DNA of 64,000 nucleotides from a virus: UHGV virus genome UHGV-1366990; one strand, 5' to 3'. Shown here piece after piece: positions 37,239 through 47,026 of this stretch. The translations under genes were made by a program, and so were the position numbers. Position 1 is the first letter of the stretch; each line of letters opens with the position of its first letter. The notes beneath the pieces were generated by a model. That model searched no databases. It was not told the origin of the DNA and saw only the letters and a program-made list of their open reading frames with translations.

Positions 37239-38296
37239 TGAAATTTCTTGATGAACAATTCATAAATTACGTTGCTCCCAGACTCGATAAATTCAAGTGG
37301 GAACGTGTTGGGTCTGTCGCAAATTTTAGATGTCCGCTTTGTGGAGATTCTCTCAAAAGTGCTAATAAGCGACGCGGTTATTTTTTCTTTGATCGAGATA
37401 ATGATTGCTTTCGGTTTAAATGTCATAATTGCCATAACATGAATGGCTGGTCATTTGAGTTCTGGCTGAAGAAGTTCGACGAACGCCTCTCAACAGAGTA
37501 CAACATGGAGAAGTTCCGTCTGCTGGGTGATACGTCGGGTAGACCACTTCCTTCCCTGAAGCCGTTGCCAAAGCTGACACAGACCGCCCGTATTGGCTCA
37601 GTGGCGGCAAAACGCGACGAGAGCCTCCTCGGCAATATGCTACGGCTTGATCTGCTACCGCCTGACCATAAGGCTCGACAGTACGTACAGTGGCGTGGAC
37701 TGCCGGAGAGCACTTTGTCCCTCCTGTATTACACACAGCACTTCCGCCAGGATCTACTCCAGTTCGAAACGAACCCTGAGAAGCAGCTGAAGATCCCCGA
37801 TGACGAGCGGCTGGTGATTCCGTTCTGGACTCAGGATGGTCGCATGAAGATCGTTCAGGGGCGTGCATTCGACAAGAATGCGACACTGCGCTACGCAACA
37901 GTCAAGCCCAAGGATGAAGACACTAAGGTGTATGGTGAAGACCGGGTGAACTTTCACAAGACCAAGCTGGTTGTGGAAGGCCCGATTGACAGCCTGTTCC
38001 TACCCAACTGTCTTGCATCGGCCGACGCTGATCTACTGAGCGTGAAGGGTGACATTTATATCCCTGATAATCAGTACCGGAACCCGCAGGTGTGTGACGG
38101 TATTCAGAAGATGATAGATAAAGGTGTCAAGGTTGTACTGTTCCCACCAGACGTTCCTTGGAAGGATATCAACGACATGGTCATGCCATCAAAGGGCAAC
38201 ATGTCCATACAAGACCTCCTGAAGCTAATCGCCAAGAACGTTTACCAAGGTATGGCCGCATCATTACAATTCGCTGAACTGAGGAAAGTGCGATGA
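37238..38296 (+). CDS. 61: DNA primase (gp61-like)
   Basis: N-terminal zinc ribbon CPLCGDS...CHNCHN; adjacent helicase-associated genes. Confidence 0.8.
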   Translation: MKFLDEQFINYVAPRLDKFKWERVGSVANFRCPLCGDSLKSANKRRGYFFFDRDNDCFRFKCHNCHNMNGWSFEFWLKKFDERLSTEYNMEKFRLLGDTSGRPLPSLKPLPKLTQTARIGSVAAKRDESLLGNMLRLDLLPPDHKARQYVQWRGLPESTLSLLYYTQHFRQDLLQFETNPEKQLKIPDDERLVIPFWTQDGRMKIVQGRAFDKNATLRYATVKPKDEDTKVYGEDRVNFHKTKLVVEGPIDSLFLPNCLASADADLLSVKGDIYIPDNQYRNPQVCDGIQKMIDKGVKVVLFPPDVPWKDINDMVMPSKGNMSIQDLLKLIAKNVYQGMAASLQFAELRKVR

Positions 38297-38499
38297 CGTT
38301 AGAAGAACTGAACAAACTGGACGACGGAGAGATCGTGCGGGGGTACTTGAAATCTCGTGAGGGTTATGTCTTATCTGGGGAAGAATCTCTGAGTTTCATC
38401 CACGGCTGGAAGAATGGTCAGGCGGACTTCCATGGGGTTCCCATCAGTGCTGAGCAGGCCGAATTGGCTCGCGAGTTTGTAAGATTTCGCCCGAGCTAA
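38293..38499 (+). CDS. Hypothetical protein
   Basis: 68-aa ORF with ATGA overlap; terminator downstream. Confidence 0.5.
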   Translation: MTLEELNKLDDGEIVRGYLKSREGYVLSGEESLSFIHGWKNGQADFHGVPISAEQAELAREFVRFRPS

Positions 38500-38527
38500 A
38501 ACTTTTTAATTCACATCACTTCCCTCC

Positions 38528-38552
38528 AGGCCTCATTCGACGAGGCCTTTTA
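38528..38552 (+). terminator. Rho-independent terminator
   Basis: AGGCCTC/GAGGCCT stem followed by TTTT. Confidence 0.5.
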
Positions 38553-38564
38553 AAATACTTCAAA

Positions 38565-38584
38565 AATAATTTTTAAAAATTATT
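38565..38584. repeat. Perfect 20-bp AT-rich palindrome AATAATTTTTAAAAATTATT
   Basis: Located 10 nt upstream of the -35 of promoter 38594..38622. Confidence 0.8.
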
Positions 38585-38593
38585 GAAAAAGAC

Positions 38594-38622
38594 TTTACTC
38601 TTCAATAATGATGCACTATTAT
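38594..38622 (+). promoter_or_regulatory. Early-type promoter TTTACT-N17-TATTAT
   Basis: Exact 17-bp spacing; 20-bp AT palindrome just upstream. Confidence 0.6.
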
Positions 38623-38695
38623 AGTTCACATAGGGCGACAACACACCGCCGAATGAAAAGTGAAACGCACCAACTACATTATGAGGAATTACATC

Positions 38696-39184
38696 ATGGC
38701 TACTACCAAAACTCTGATCACCAACGGCACCATCTCTTTCGAACTGAACACCGAAGTTGCTAAAGTTGAAATGTTCCGCATCGCTCAGGCAGCTGGCTTC
38801 ACTGGTGGTAAAACTTCCTTCATGAACCTGCTGAACGGTAAAGTGAAATCGACAAACGGCTTCACCCTGGTAGAGCAGGTTGTGGTTGATAAAGCTGTGG
38901 TTGCTAAGACTGCCGACAAAGTTGGTATGCTGAAAAACCTGGGTCACGACATCCACATTGTCGAAGCAAACACCGAAACTTACGGCACCATCGTAGTCGG
39001 TAAAGGTCGCATCCAGCTGAACCCGCTGAACAACGGTTCCTTCTCTGTGATGGTCTTCCCTAAGAAGGGGTATGACAACACCGACATCGTGAAAGCTGTT
39101 GGCGGCGAAGCAAAAGCTCAGTACGTCAAAATGGGTAAACTGAGCGCCGACGCAGTTGAAGCTCTGGTGAGCAAACTGGCCTAA
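38696..39184 (+). CDS. Hypothetical protein
   Basis: Own TTTACT-N17-TATTAT promoter and terminator. Confidence 0.65.
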   Translation: MATTKTLITNGTISFELNTEVAKVEMFRIAQAAGFTGGKTSFMNLLNGKVKSTNGFTLVEQVVVDKAVVAKTADKVGMLKNLGHDIHIVEANTETYGTIVVGKGRIQLNPLNNGSFSVMVFPKKGYDNTDIVKAVGGEAKAQYVKMGKLSADAVEALVSKLA

Positions 39185-39199
39185 GTCAGACGCATAACA

Positions 39200-39230
39200 G
39201 GGGAGGCAACTCCCCTCCCATTCAGATTTT
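39200..39230 (+). terminator. Possible terminator hairpin
   Basis: GGGGAG/CTCCCC stem; T-run displaced ~10 nt. Confidence 0.4.
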
Positions 39231-39245
39231 TGGTAGGAGATTACC

Positions 39246-39434
39246 ATGTCCCGCGCAGTCATCCAAGCCTCAGCAGGCGCTCTCTGGGTTGCCGACCGCA
39301 TTCCGAACAAAGTCTTCCCTCAGTTCCAAGAGGAACTCGAGCAGGCGATGTTGGCAGTCTTGGAAAAATACGGGTACGACGCCGAAGTTCGTACGTCCTT
39401 CAGAGAAGTTATGCCAGTGGTGGTAGCAAGATGA
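39246..39434 (+). CDS. Hypothetical small protein
   Basis: 62 aa, RBS AGGAG. Confidence 0.5.
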   Translation: MSRAVIQASAGALWVADRIPNKVFPQFQEELEQAMLAVLEKYGYDAEVRTSFREVMPVVVAR

Positions 39435-39772
39435 ACCAGATCGATATCAAGGTTGAATGGTTCGCGAACAAACGATCTTATCATGCGTTCATATACGCCA
39501 TAGAATGTTGTCAGAAACTTCAGAATCTCGCGAATAAGGGATACACATTCATTGACCAATATTCTAATGTTCGGAAGAACTGGGAGATTGAGATCGACGG
39601 CTCAGAGTCATGTGTACTCCTCGACAGAACATGTTTCGCTGGTGGGGAATGGGTTGAAACTCCAGAAGGGAATAAGATCTGGTGTACCAAGAAAGCCGTT
39701 GACAGCTTCTTGAGACACATCAGATGCATACCACCTTCTAATTTGAAGACTGCTTTGTCCCACGTTTCATAG
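39431..39772 (+). CDS. Hypothetical Cys-containing protein
   Basis: Internal ATG of ORF 39230..39772 with ATGA overlap. Confidence 0.5.
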   Translation: MNQIDIKVEWFANKRSYHAFIYAIECCQKLQNLANKGYTFIDQYSNVRKNWEIEIDGSESCVLLDRTCFAGGEWVETPEGNKIWCTKKAVDSFLRHIRCIPPSNLKTALSHVS

Positions 39773-39843
39773 TATAATTCTGTTCCTCGAGTAGTTCACT
39801 TTCACTTTAAATACCTCTGCATTCATTGTGGAGGTATTTTCTT

Positions 39844-40638
39844 ATGGCCATTCTAAAATTTGGCAATCGTGGTACTGAAGTGAAGGCACTTCAGGATAGC
39901 CTCAACAAAATCGGCTTCACCCTCGTCGCTGATGGTATCTTTGGCAAGGCAACAGAGAACGCCGTCAAGACTGTTCAGGCGGGTGCGGGGCTTGTCATCG
40001 ATGGTATCGTGGGTCCAAAGACCTCCTATGCTATTCGCAACGCCGGAGACGCCCATCAGGATCATCTAACTGAGTCAGACCTGATTGATGCTGCTAACGA
40101 TCTGGGTGTTGACCTTGCCTCTGTCAAGGCGGTAAATCAGGTTGAGTCGCGCGGCACGGGCTTCACCAAGTCAGGTAAGATCAAGACATTATTTGAGCGC
40201 CACATCATGTATAAGAAGCTGATGGCGAAGTTCGGACAGGCTCGGGCGAATGCCATGGGGCATATGTACCCGACGTTGGTCAGCCCTTCCGCAGGCGGGT
40301 ACACGGGAGGCGACGCGGAGTTGGATCGACTTCATGCGGCCATCAACATCGATGAGGATTGTGCGTACGAGAGCGCCTCTTACGGTCTCTTCCAGATCAT
40401 GGGATTCAACTGCCAGGTCTGTGGATATGCCAACGCCAAGGAGATGTTCAACGACTTCCTGACAGGAGAACGTGCTCATTTGATGGCATTCGTGAAGTTC
40501 ATCAAGGCTGACGCCAAGCTCTGGCAGGCTCTGAAGGACAAGAACTGGTCTGAATTTGCACGGCGCTATAATGGTCCGGCGTATGCCAAGAACCAGTACG
40601 ACAAGAAGCTCGCAGCAGCATACAAGAGTTTCAGTTAA
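39844..40638 (+). CDS. Endolysin: peptidoglycan-binding domain plus muramidase-like domain
   Basis: N-terminal PG-binding repeat (GNRGTEVKALQDSLNKIGF...DGIFGKATENAV...DGIVGPKT); C-terminal YGLFQIMGFN...RRYNGPAY. Confidence 0.75.
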   Translation: MAILKFGNRGTEVKALQDSLNKIGFTLVADGIFGKATENAVKTVQAGAGLVIDGIVGPKTSYAIRNAGDAHQDHLTESDLIDAANDLGVDLASVKAVNQVESRGTGFTKSGKIKTLFERHIMYKKLMAKFGQARANAMGHMYPTLVSPSAGGYTGGDAELDRLHAAINIDEDCAYESASYGLFQIMGFNCQVCGYANAKEMFNDFLTGERAHLMAFVKFIKADAKLWQALKDKNWSEFARRYNGPAYAKNQYDKKLAAAYKSFS

Positions 40639-40643
40639 CTCAA

Positions 40644-40666
40644 AGGCCGGAAACGGCCTTTTCTTT
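40644..40666 (+). terminator. Rho-independent terminator after endolysin
   Basis: GGCCG/CGGCC stem followed by TTTTCTTT. Confidence 0.6.
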
Positions 40667-40741
40667 ATCCAATCCTCAGGTATGCTGGGGGTTGTCACCT
40701 TAATTAGAGGTGATGACACCCTGAGATATAGGAAGGTTCCC

Positions 40742-41584
40742 ATGCAATCTGCCACCAAAGTTGTAAGTAAGAAGCCAGCGGGCAAGACCAAGTCAGCACG
40801 TAAGAAAGAGACAATTCAGAAAGAAGATGACTGGATGAAGTTCTCTAAAGGTGACTTCAGAATCGCTCCGTTCAATGGCCTCTCAGAGAATCAGAACCTC
40901 GCATATCAATCTGCTCTTGAAGAAAACCTCACTATCGCAATCGGTCCTGCCGGTACAGGTAAATCGTACTGCGGTGCCTCAGCCGCCGCCAAGCTCCTGA
41001 TCGATAAAGTGGTCAGCAAGATCGTCATCACGCGCTCTCCGCTGCCAACAGGCCAGACTGCAGGCTTCCGCCCTGGCGACACATACGAAAAACTGATGCC
41101 ATATCTGATGCCCCTGATTCAGACGCTGAAGAAGGTGCTGAAGACTGACACAGGTAGCGACGGTTTCTTCAACTATCTGTGGGAGAAGCGGATCATTGAG
41201 ATCCAGGATCTGGAGACCATCAAGGGAATGACCTTCGACGACACCTTCCTGATCATTGAAGAAGCGCAGGAATGTGATATGGAGCAGCTGAAGAACCTAC
41301 TGACCCGCGCATCCGACTCGACTTACATCTTCGTCAACGGTGACATCAAACAGTCCAACAAGCGCCTGCGCGACAGCGCCCTTGAAAAGTACGTCAGTTC
41401 CTTCCGCGACTTCAACGCCAAGCTGGAGGCCGGAACCCTGAAGATCGATGGTGTTGGCGTCGGTGATGAGTACCCTGAATGGGTTCAGCCGTTCAGCATC
41501 ATCGAGTTCGACAAGTCTGACCGCAACGGGCGCGGCGACTTCACCCGCCTGATGCTGGAAGTCAACGATCTGTACGACATTTAA
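40742..41584 (+). CDS. phoH: PhoH-like ATPase
   Basis: GPAGTGKSY Walker A, FLIIEEAQ Walker B. Confidence 0.85.
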   Translation: MQSATKVVSKKPAGKTKSARKKETIQKEDDWMKFSKGDFRIAPFNGLSENQNLAYQSALEENLTIAIGPAGTGKSYCGASAAAKLLIDKVVSKIVITRSPLPTGQTAGFRPGDTYEKLMPYLMPLIQTLKKVLKTDTGSDGFFNYLWEKRIIEIQDLETIKGMTFDDTFLIIEEAQECDMEQLKNLLTRASDSTYIFVNGDIKQSNKRLRDSALEKYVSSFRDFNAKLEAGTLKIDGVGVGDEYPEWVQPFSIIEFDKSDRNGRGDFTRLMLEVNDLYDI

Positions 41585-41667
41585 GTAACTCGCCAACCCT
41601 CCCCGCCGCCTTCAATCTACGAGGGCGGCGTATAATAAAACCTGCGTAAACAAACCCGAGGAACACC

Positions 41668-43950
41668 ATGATTAACGTTATAAAACGTGACGGATCTTCT
41701 GTCCCATTTGATATTGAGAAACTACACGCAGTTGTAGACCGCGCCTGTGATGGCCTGTCTGGTGTGTCAATGTCAGAGGTGATCGCTGCATCGAAGATTC
41801 AGTTCACCGACAACATGAGAACAGATCGCATTCAGGATATCCTCATCCAGGCTGCGGCTTCACTGATCTCTGTAGACAAACCCAATTACCAGTATGTGGC
41901 TGCTCGTCTGAAGTCATATGATCTGCGCAAGGCTGTCTATGGTCAGTACAAGCCGCCTCACCTGCTGGACATCTTCGTCAAGAACATCAAACAGCGCGTG
42001 TATGATCGTGAGTTCCTTGATCTCTACACGACCGAAGAGTTCAACGAGCTGAACGATGTCATCAATCACAAACGCGATAAGAACTTCACGTGGGCGGCCA
42101 TGGGTCAGCTGACTGAGAAGTACCTGTTGCGCGACCGTTCCAAGAAAGACAGCAAGATCTTCTACGAAACCCCTCAGGTCATGTACATGGGCATCGCCAT
42201 GGCGTTGTTCTCTAACTGGGACAAAGACAGCCGCCTGGAGATGGTGAAAAAGTTCTATGAATATGCCAGCACAGGCAAGTTCAGTCTTCCCACCCCGATT
42301 ATGGCAGGTGTTCGTACTCCTACCCGTCAGTTCAGTTCCTGTGTGTTAATCAAGACTGATGACACCCTGAACTCTATCAACGCAACAGCCAAGACCATCG
42401 TTGACTATGTGTCCAAACGTGCGGGTATCGGCTTCGATGTCGGGGCAATCCGTGGGATTGGTAGTCCTATTCGCGGCGGAGAGATGGTTCACACAGGCCT
42501 GATCCCGTTCATCAAGTATCTCACTGGGGCACTCAAATCGTGCTCTCAGGGCGGCATTCGTGGTGGTGCAGCAACAGCGTACATCCCTCTGTGGCATTAC
42601 CAGTTCGATGACGTCGTTGTTCTGAAGAACAACCGTGGTACTGAAGAAAACCGCGAACGCCGTATCGACTATGGCATTCAGATCAACCGCGTGATGTTTG
42701 AGCGCCTGGTTGCCAAGCAGCCTCTGTATCTGTTCGACCCGAAAGACAACCGCGAAATGTATGAAGCATACTTCGCTGACGTTGACAAGTTCCGTACTCT
42801 GTATGAGAACATGATCAAGGCCGCCGATGCCGGTTTGGTTCGTGCTAAGAAGTTGCAGGCAGAAGAGGTGTTCCAGATGCTGTTAGACCAGCGTTCAGAC
42901 ACAGGTCGCATCTACATCGCATTTGTCGATCACATGAATGAATACAGTCCATTCAACCTAGACACGATTTATTCTTCAAATCTTTGTTTAGAAATCGCCC
43001 TGCCGACCCGTGAGTTTGAGCAGTACAACGATGAAAACGGGCGCGTGGCTCTGTGTACCCTGGCTTCCTTCAACCTGACAGCATTCGAAGACCCGACCGA
43101 AATGGAAGACGTGGCGTTCGTGTTGGTATCTGCGCTGGACATGCTGTTGGAATATCAGGACTATCCAGCGATTCAGGCTCGCAAGGCTGTTGAAGACTAT
43201 CGCCCCCTGGGTGTTGGTATCGTGAACGTGGCCCACTTCCTGGCCAAGAACTTCACGGGCTATGGCTCACCAGCTGGTCTTGAAATGCTGGATGCGTGGA
43301 TGGCACACCTGCACTTCTATCTGGTCAAGGCGTCCAACCGTCTGGCTATGAAGTTCGGGGCGTGTAAACGCAGAACCATCCACAATAATGGGCAGGTCAC
43401 CGCCGACCTTCAGCCGCTTCCACTTGATATCCTACCAAATGGCAAGAAGCCGGAAGGCATGGCATATGGGCTGGATTGGGATGAGTTGAAGGATAATCTG
43501 AAGACCTATGGTATCCGCAACGCCACTCTGCTGGCAGTAGCCCCTACCGAAAGCTCCTCACAGGTCCTCAACGCAACGAACGGCATTGAGCCACCGAAGG
43601 GCTTGGTGAGCATCAAGGGTAGCAAGGACGGCACTTATAAGCAGGTCGTCCCGGACGTTGAGACCCTTGGGCCGATGTATGACCTCAAGTGGGACCTGGA
43701 CTGTATTGAGTACCTGAAGACCGCTGCTGTCATCCAGCGCTGGGTTGACCAGTCCATCAGTACCAACACGTGGTATGACCCAGAGAAGTACCCTGACAGC
43801 AAGATCCCTCGCGCCAAGATGATGCAGGATATCCTGTCGTTCTATATGTGGGGTGGCAAGACTCTGTATTACAACACAAACAAGGACGCCAAGGAAGACG
43901 AAGAGCTGAAGCAGGCTGAGGAAACTCAGTGCGATAGCTGTGTTGTATAA
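41668..43950 (+). CDS. nrdA: Ribonucleotide reductase large subunit (class Ia NrdA)
   Basis: ATP-cone N-terminus (VIKRDGS), active-site region NLCLEIALP, C-terminal CDSCVV. Confidence 0.9.
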   Translation: MINVIKRDGSSVPFDIEKLHAVVDRACDGLSGVSMSEVIAASKIQFTDNMRTDRIQDILIQAAASLISVDKPNYQYVAARLKSYDLRKAVYGQYKPPHLLDIFVKNIKQRVYDREFLDLYTTEEFNELNDVINHKRDKNFTWAAMGQLTEKYLLRDRSKKDSKIFYETPQVMYMGIAMALFSNWDKDSRLEMVKKFYEYASTGKFSLPTPIMAGVRTPTRQFSSCVLIKTDDTLNSINATAKTIVDYVSKRAGIGFDVGAIRGIGSPIRGGEMVHTGLIPFIKYLTGALKSCSQGGIRGGAATAYIPLWHYQFDDVVVLKNNRGTEENRERRIDYGIQINRVMFERLVAKQPLYLFDPKDNREMYEAYFADVDKFRTLYENMIKAADAGLVRAKKLQAEEVFQMLLDQRSDTGRIYIAFVDHMNEYSPFNLDTIYSSNLCLEIALPTREFEQYNDENGRVALCTLASFNLTAFEDPTEMEDVAFVLVSALDMLLEYQDYPAIQARKAVEDYRPLGVGIVNVAHFLAKNFTGYGSPAGLEMLDAWMAHLHFYLVKASNRLAMKFGACKRRTIHNNGQVTADLQPLPLDILPNGKKPEGMAYGLDWDELKDNLKTYGIRNATLLAVAPTESSSQVLNATNGIEPPKGLVSIKGSKDGTYKQVVPDVETLGPMYDLKWDLDCIEYLKTAAVIQRWVDQSISTNTWYDPEKYPDSKIPRAKMMQDILSFYMWGGKTLYYNTNKDAKEDEELKQAEETQCDSCVV

Positions 43951-44020
43951 ATTGGTCTAAACCTGCTACCGTTATATCATCAGGGGTGAGAGATCACCCC
44001 TTATTAATCAGGAGTTCTAT

Positions 44021-44314
44021 ATGTTCCAAACGTTATTGTTAGTCCCTGGTCAACCAGGTATCTTGCTCGAACACAACAGCAAAATGGAAGCGGAGAATGT
44101 TCTCCACAACGTGAAGGTGGCCACTGCTTGGCACAACGGCGGCGAAGTCACGGCTATCCCGTTGAACTACACGGATCCATTGGATACTGTGAACCGTACC
44201 CACATCCTTCTAGACCTCAGCAAATTACCTGCAGACAAACGCCAGGATTTTGTTGTTAACGTCAAGAATTACATCACCGCTGAACAGATCAAACTCCACG
44301 GAGGCAAGGCATAA
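44021..44314 (+). CDS. Hypothetical protein between nrdA and nrdB
   Basis: 97-aa ORF. Confidence 0.45.
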   Translation: MFQTLLLVPGQPGILLEHNSKMEAENVLHNVKVATAWHNGGEVTAIPLNYTDPLDTVNRTHILLDLSKLPADKRQDFVVNVKNYITAEQIKLHGGKA

Positions 44315-44315
44315 C

Positions 44316-45419
44316 ATGAGCGAACAGAAACAATTCTCCGTATTCGACCCAAGCTCGGACAACACTGGTCTACCGTTCTTCGGTGACCCAGTGAGCATTC
44401 AGCGTTACGATGTCGTGGCCTGGCCATTCGTACAGAAGTGGTATGAGAAAGGTCTCAGCCAGTTCTGGCGTCCTGAAGAGGTGGACATCACCAAGGACAA
44501 GGCAGACTTCGCTACTCTGAACGAAGCAGAGAAACATGTCTACTTCAGCAACCTGAAGCGCCAGACCATGCTGGACTCTATCCAGGGTGCGGCTCCGTTC
44601 GAGGCGTTTGGTCCATGGGCGTCTACCCCTGAAATGCAGTTTGCTGTCCTTGAATGGACGCGCCAGGAAGCCATTCACTCTTTATCGTACACCCACATTT
44701 TGCGCAACACTGTGAACGATCCTGGTATCGTGTTTGACCACGTACTGGATGTTGTAGAGATCGTGGACTGTGCTCACCAGATCAGTGTGTACTACGATGA
44801 CATGGTGCAGTACAGTGGCATGCGTATGGCCGGACGTGTCTTCACCCGAGAAGATCTGATGAATGCCAAACGCGCATTCTGGCGTGCTCTGTTTGCTGCC
44901 AACACACTGGAAGGCATCCGCTTCTACGTGTCCTTTGCATGCTCTTGGGCATTCACACAGTTCCAGAAGAAGATGGAAGGCAATGCCAAAATCATTCGAC
45001 AGATCGCCCGTGATGAGCAGGATCACCTGATCCTGACCCAGACGTTACTAAACCGCCTGCCTGGTATGGACCCCGACTTTGCAATTATCCGTGAGGAACT
45101 GCGTGGTGAGATGACCCAGATGTTCCTGGACGTGGTCCATCAGGAGAAGGAGTGGGCGAACTACCTATTCAAAGACGGTTCCATCCTGGGGCTGAACGCC
45201 AAGATCCTTCATCAGATGGTAGACTGGCTGGCAACCCACCGAATGGGCGCTATCGGGCATCCATATCCCGGTGAACCTCGCAAGGAGAACCCAGTCCCAT
45301 GGATTAATGACTGGCTAGATAATAAGGCAATGCAGTACGCGTTGCAGGAAGCGGAAGCTCCTGATTATCTGATGGGTGTACTGACTGGTTCGGTATCCGA
45401 TGGCCTCAAATTCGCTTAA
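44316..45419 (+). CDS. nrdB: Ribonucleotide reductase small subunit (NrdB)
   Basis: Di-iron/tyrosyl-radical motifs (EAIHSLSY, RDEQDH). Confidence 0.9.
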   Translation: MSEQKQFSVFDPSSDNTGLPFFGDPVSIQRYDVVAWPFVQKWYEKGLSQFWRPEEVDITKDKADFATLNEAEKHVYFSNLKRQTMLDSIQGAAPFEAFGPWASTPEMQFAVLEWTRQEAIHSLSYTHILRNTVNDPGIVFDHVLDVVEIVDCAHQISVYYDDMVQYSGMRMAGRVFTREDLMNAKRAFWRALFAANTLEGIRFYVSFACSWAFTQFQKKMEGNAKIIRQIARDEQDHLILTQTLLNRLPGMDPDFAIIREELRGEMTQMFLDVVHQEKEWANYLFKDGSILGLNAKILHQMVDWLATHRMGAIGHPYPGEPRKENPVPWINDWLDNKAMQYALQEAEAPDYLMGVLTGSVSDGLKFA

Positions 45420-45428
45420 AGGTGAGAA

Positions 45429-45653
45429 ATGATTACGATCTATTCCAAACAAGGTTGCGCTCAGTGTGTAACAGCCGAAAATCTGTGCAAAATGAAAGGG
45501 CTGGAACACAAGATCCTCAAGCTGGACAAAGATTACCGGCTGGAAGAACTTCAGCAGTTGACGGGTAAGCCGCGCGTGTCGATGCCTGTAATCGTCCTCG
45601 CTGACCAGACCGTGACCGACGTTAATGGACTCGCCGCCAGCCTTAAACGCTGA
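45429..45653 (+). CDS. Glutaredoxin/NrdH-like redoxin
   Basis: CAQC active site near N-terminus; 74 aa; next to nrdAB. Confidence 0.8.
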   Translation: MITIYSKQGCAQCVTAENLCKMKGLEHKILKLDKDYRLEELQQLTGKPRVSMPVIVLADQTVTDVNGLAASLKR

Positions 45654-45661
45654 CAATCCAA

Positions 45662-45686
45662 AGCCCCTCAATGAGGGGCTTTACTT
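45662..45686 (+). terminator. Terminator hairpin after glutaredoxin gene, fused to downstream promoter
   Basis: AGCCCCTC/GAGGGGCT stem followed by TTTACTTCT. Confidence 0.45.
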
Positions 45687-45708
45687 CTATAATCCCTGCG
45701 CTTATACT
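45680..45708 (+). promoter_or_regulatory. Early-type promoter TTTACT-N17-TATACT
   Basis: Exact 17-bp spacing; -35 overlaps 3' arm of terminator hairpin. Confidence 0.6.
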
Positions 45709-45758
45709 TCCCAGTAATTCATTGGCATTCGCCACAAATTGAAAGCGGGAACTATATC

Positions 45759-46220
45759 ATGACAAACAAGATACTCACCAACCCAATGCACAACTTCGGT
45801 TACATTCAACTCCCTCTGGTGATCGACACCCTGTACGCCGACGACAAAGAAGAGATCTGCTGGTCACCCACCGCACTGATTGAACGCGAAATCTTCAAGT
45901 CTGTTGTTGATGTTATGTTCCGTATCGGTCGCAATGGACCTCTGGTCTACCTCGGCAAAGTAACTGAACTGAAGACAAGCCACAATGAACGCTTCCTGCG
46001 TATTGATACCACAGGGTGCTCTCAGCAGGACTTCAACACATTGCGCAATTATGTTCTGGTCAACCGCCCGGTCAGCCAGCACCGACCGTATCTGACTTCA
46101 ATGCACATCGACAATTTCATCACCGACGTGCACCTCCGCGCCGAAACCCTCCATGAAGAGGAAACAGGCCGAGCTATCGACACAGTCTTAAATATGGTTG
46201 TGATCACCCTGGCGGAGTAG
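45759..46220 (+). CDS. Hypothetical protein
   Basis: Own promoter TTTACT-N17-TATACT and GGAACTATATC leader. Confidence 0.6.
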   Translation: MTNKILTNPMHNFGYIQLPLVIDTLYADDKEEICWSPTALIEREIFKSVVDVMFRIGRNGPLVYLGKVTELKTSHNERFLRIDTTGCSQQDFNTLRNYVLVNRPVSQHRPYLTSMHIDNFITDVHLRAETLHEEETGRAIDTVLNMVVITLAE

Positions 46221-46225
46221 TCCTC

Positions 46226-46576
46226 ATGCAAGATTACAAAGAGTTGAGAATGCAGCTGGCAGTCCCCATACCAGACAAAGGTTTATACCAAAACCTGCAT
46301 CATCTGATGTCTGAAGGGCATATGCTGCCCTTGCGGTCTGAGGATGGATCTCAGATCGGTTATGCCACCAGTTGCGTGGTCTACGACAAACCAGGAGACG
46401 AAGAGCGCGGACAGGTCAGTGTGGGTTCCAGATTTGTGTTGAACAAGAAGCTGGAGGGATCAGTGGTTGACGTCAGGCCGATGATTATCCTCTACCACTT
46501 CAACGGCAAAGAAATGTTCAGGTTATTGAGCCACTTCATGATAGTCGTGGCTCCGGCATTCAGGACGAAACTCTAA
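46226..46576 (+). CDS. Hypothetical protein
   Basis: 116-aa ORF. Confidence 0.5.
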   Translation: MQDYKELRMQLAVPIPDKGLYQNLHHLMSEGHMLPLRSEDGSQIGYATSCVVYDKPGDEERGQVSVGSRFVLNKKLEGSVVDVRPMIILYHFNGKEMFRLLSHFMIVVAPAFRTKL

Positions 46577-46953
46577 TTCGTCCTTTTCAACCACACGGTG
46601 TCTGTTATTGGATCTGGATTGTTGACCACATAGAATGTGATGGTCACGCCCAGAGAATGGTAATCCTCTGACAGACTCACCGTGACTTCTTCTACCTCTG
46701 CTCTGGGTTCATACAGGGCGATGGCGTCCTCTACTTTGTTCTTCACATCTACCTGGATAGTCGGTGTCGTGTTTTCACCCAGCAGCCCATAAAGCCCCGC
46801 GCCGATCCCAGGATAAGTGGGCCAGTCCCCGACTGAAGACATGACGATATTCCGCACGGATTGTAAGACAGCATACACACCTGATTTCATAGTGACGTCT
46901 TTGGTCACCGGATGCATGCCGAACTTCAGATCGACATCTTTATACTCTTTCAT
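46573..46953 (-). CDS. 25: Baseplate wedge protein (gp25/GPW-like)
   Basis: 126 aa; size and sequence pattern of gp25-family lysozyme-like baseplate proteins. Confidence 0.7.
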   Translation of the reverse strand: MKEYKDVDLKFGMHPVTKDVTMKSGVYAVLQSVRNIVMSSVGDWPTYPGIGAGLYGLLGENTTPTIQVDVKNKVEDAIALYEPRAEVEEVTVSLSEDYHSLGVTITFYVVNNPDPITDTVWLKRTN

Positions 46954-47026
46954 TTCGCGATCCTCTCAGGATGCCTATAAGGAGCAGAGAGACGTGCTGT
47001 CCCTCTGCCACTAAACTTATACCAAC

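Noticed and set aside
41604-41630. GC-rich inverted repeat after phoH
   Set aside because: A 7-bp stem with 13-nt loop and no T-run is not a convincing intrinsic terminator; noted only as a possible leader structure before the TATAAT at 41631
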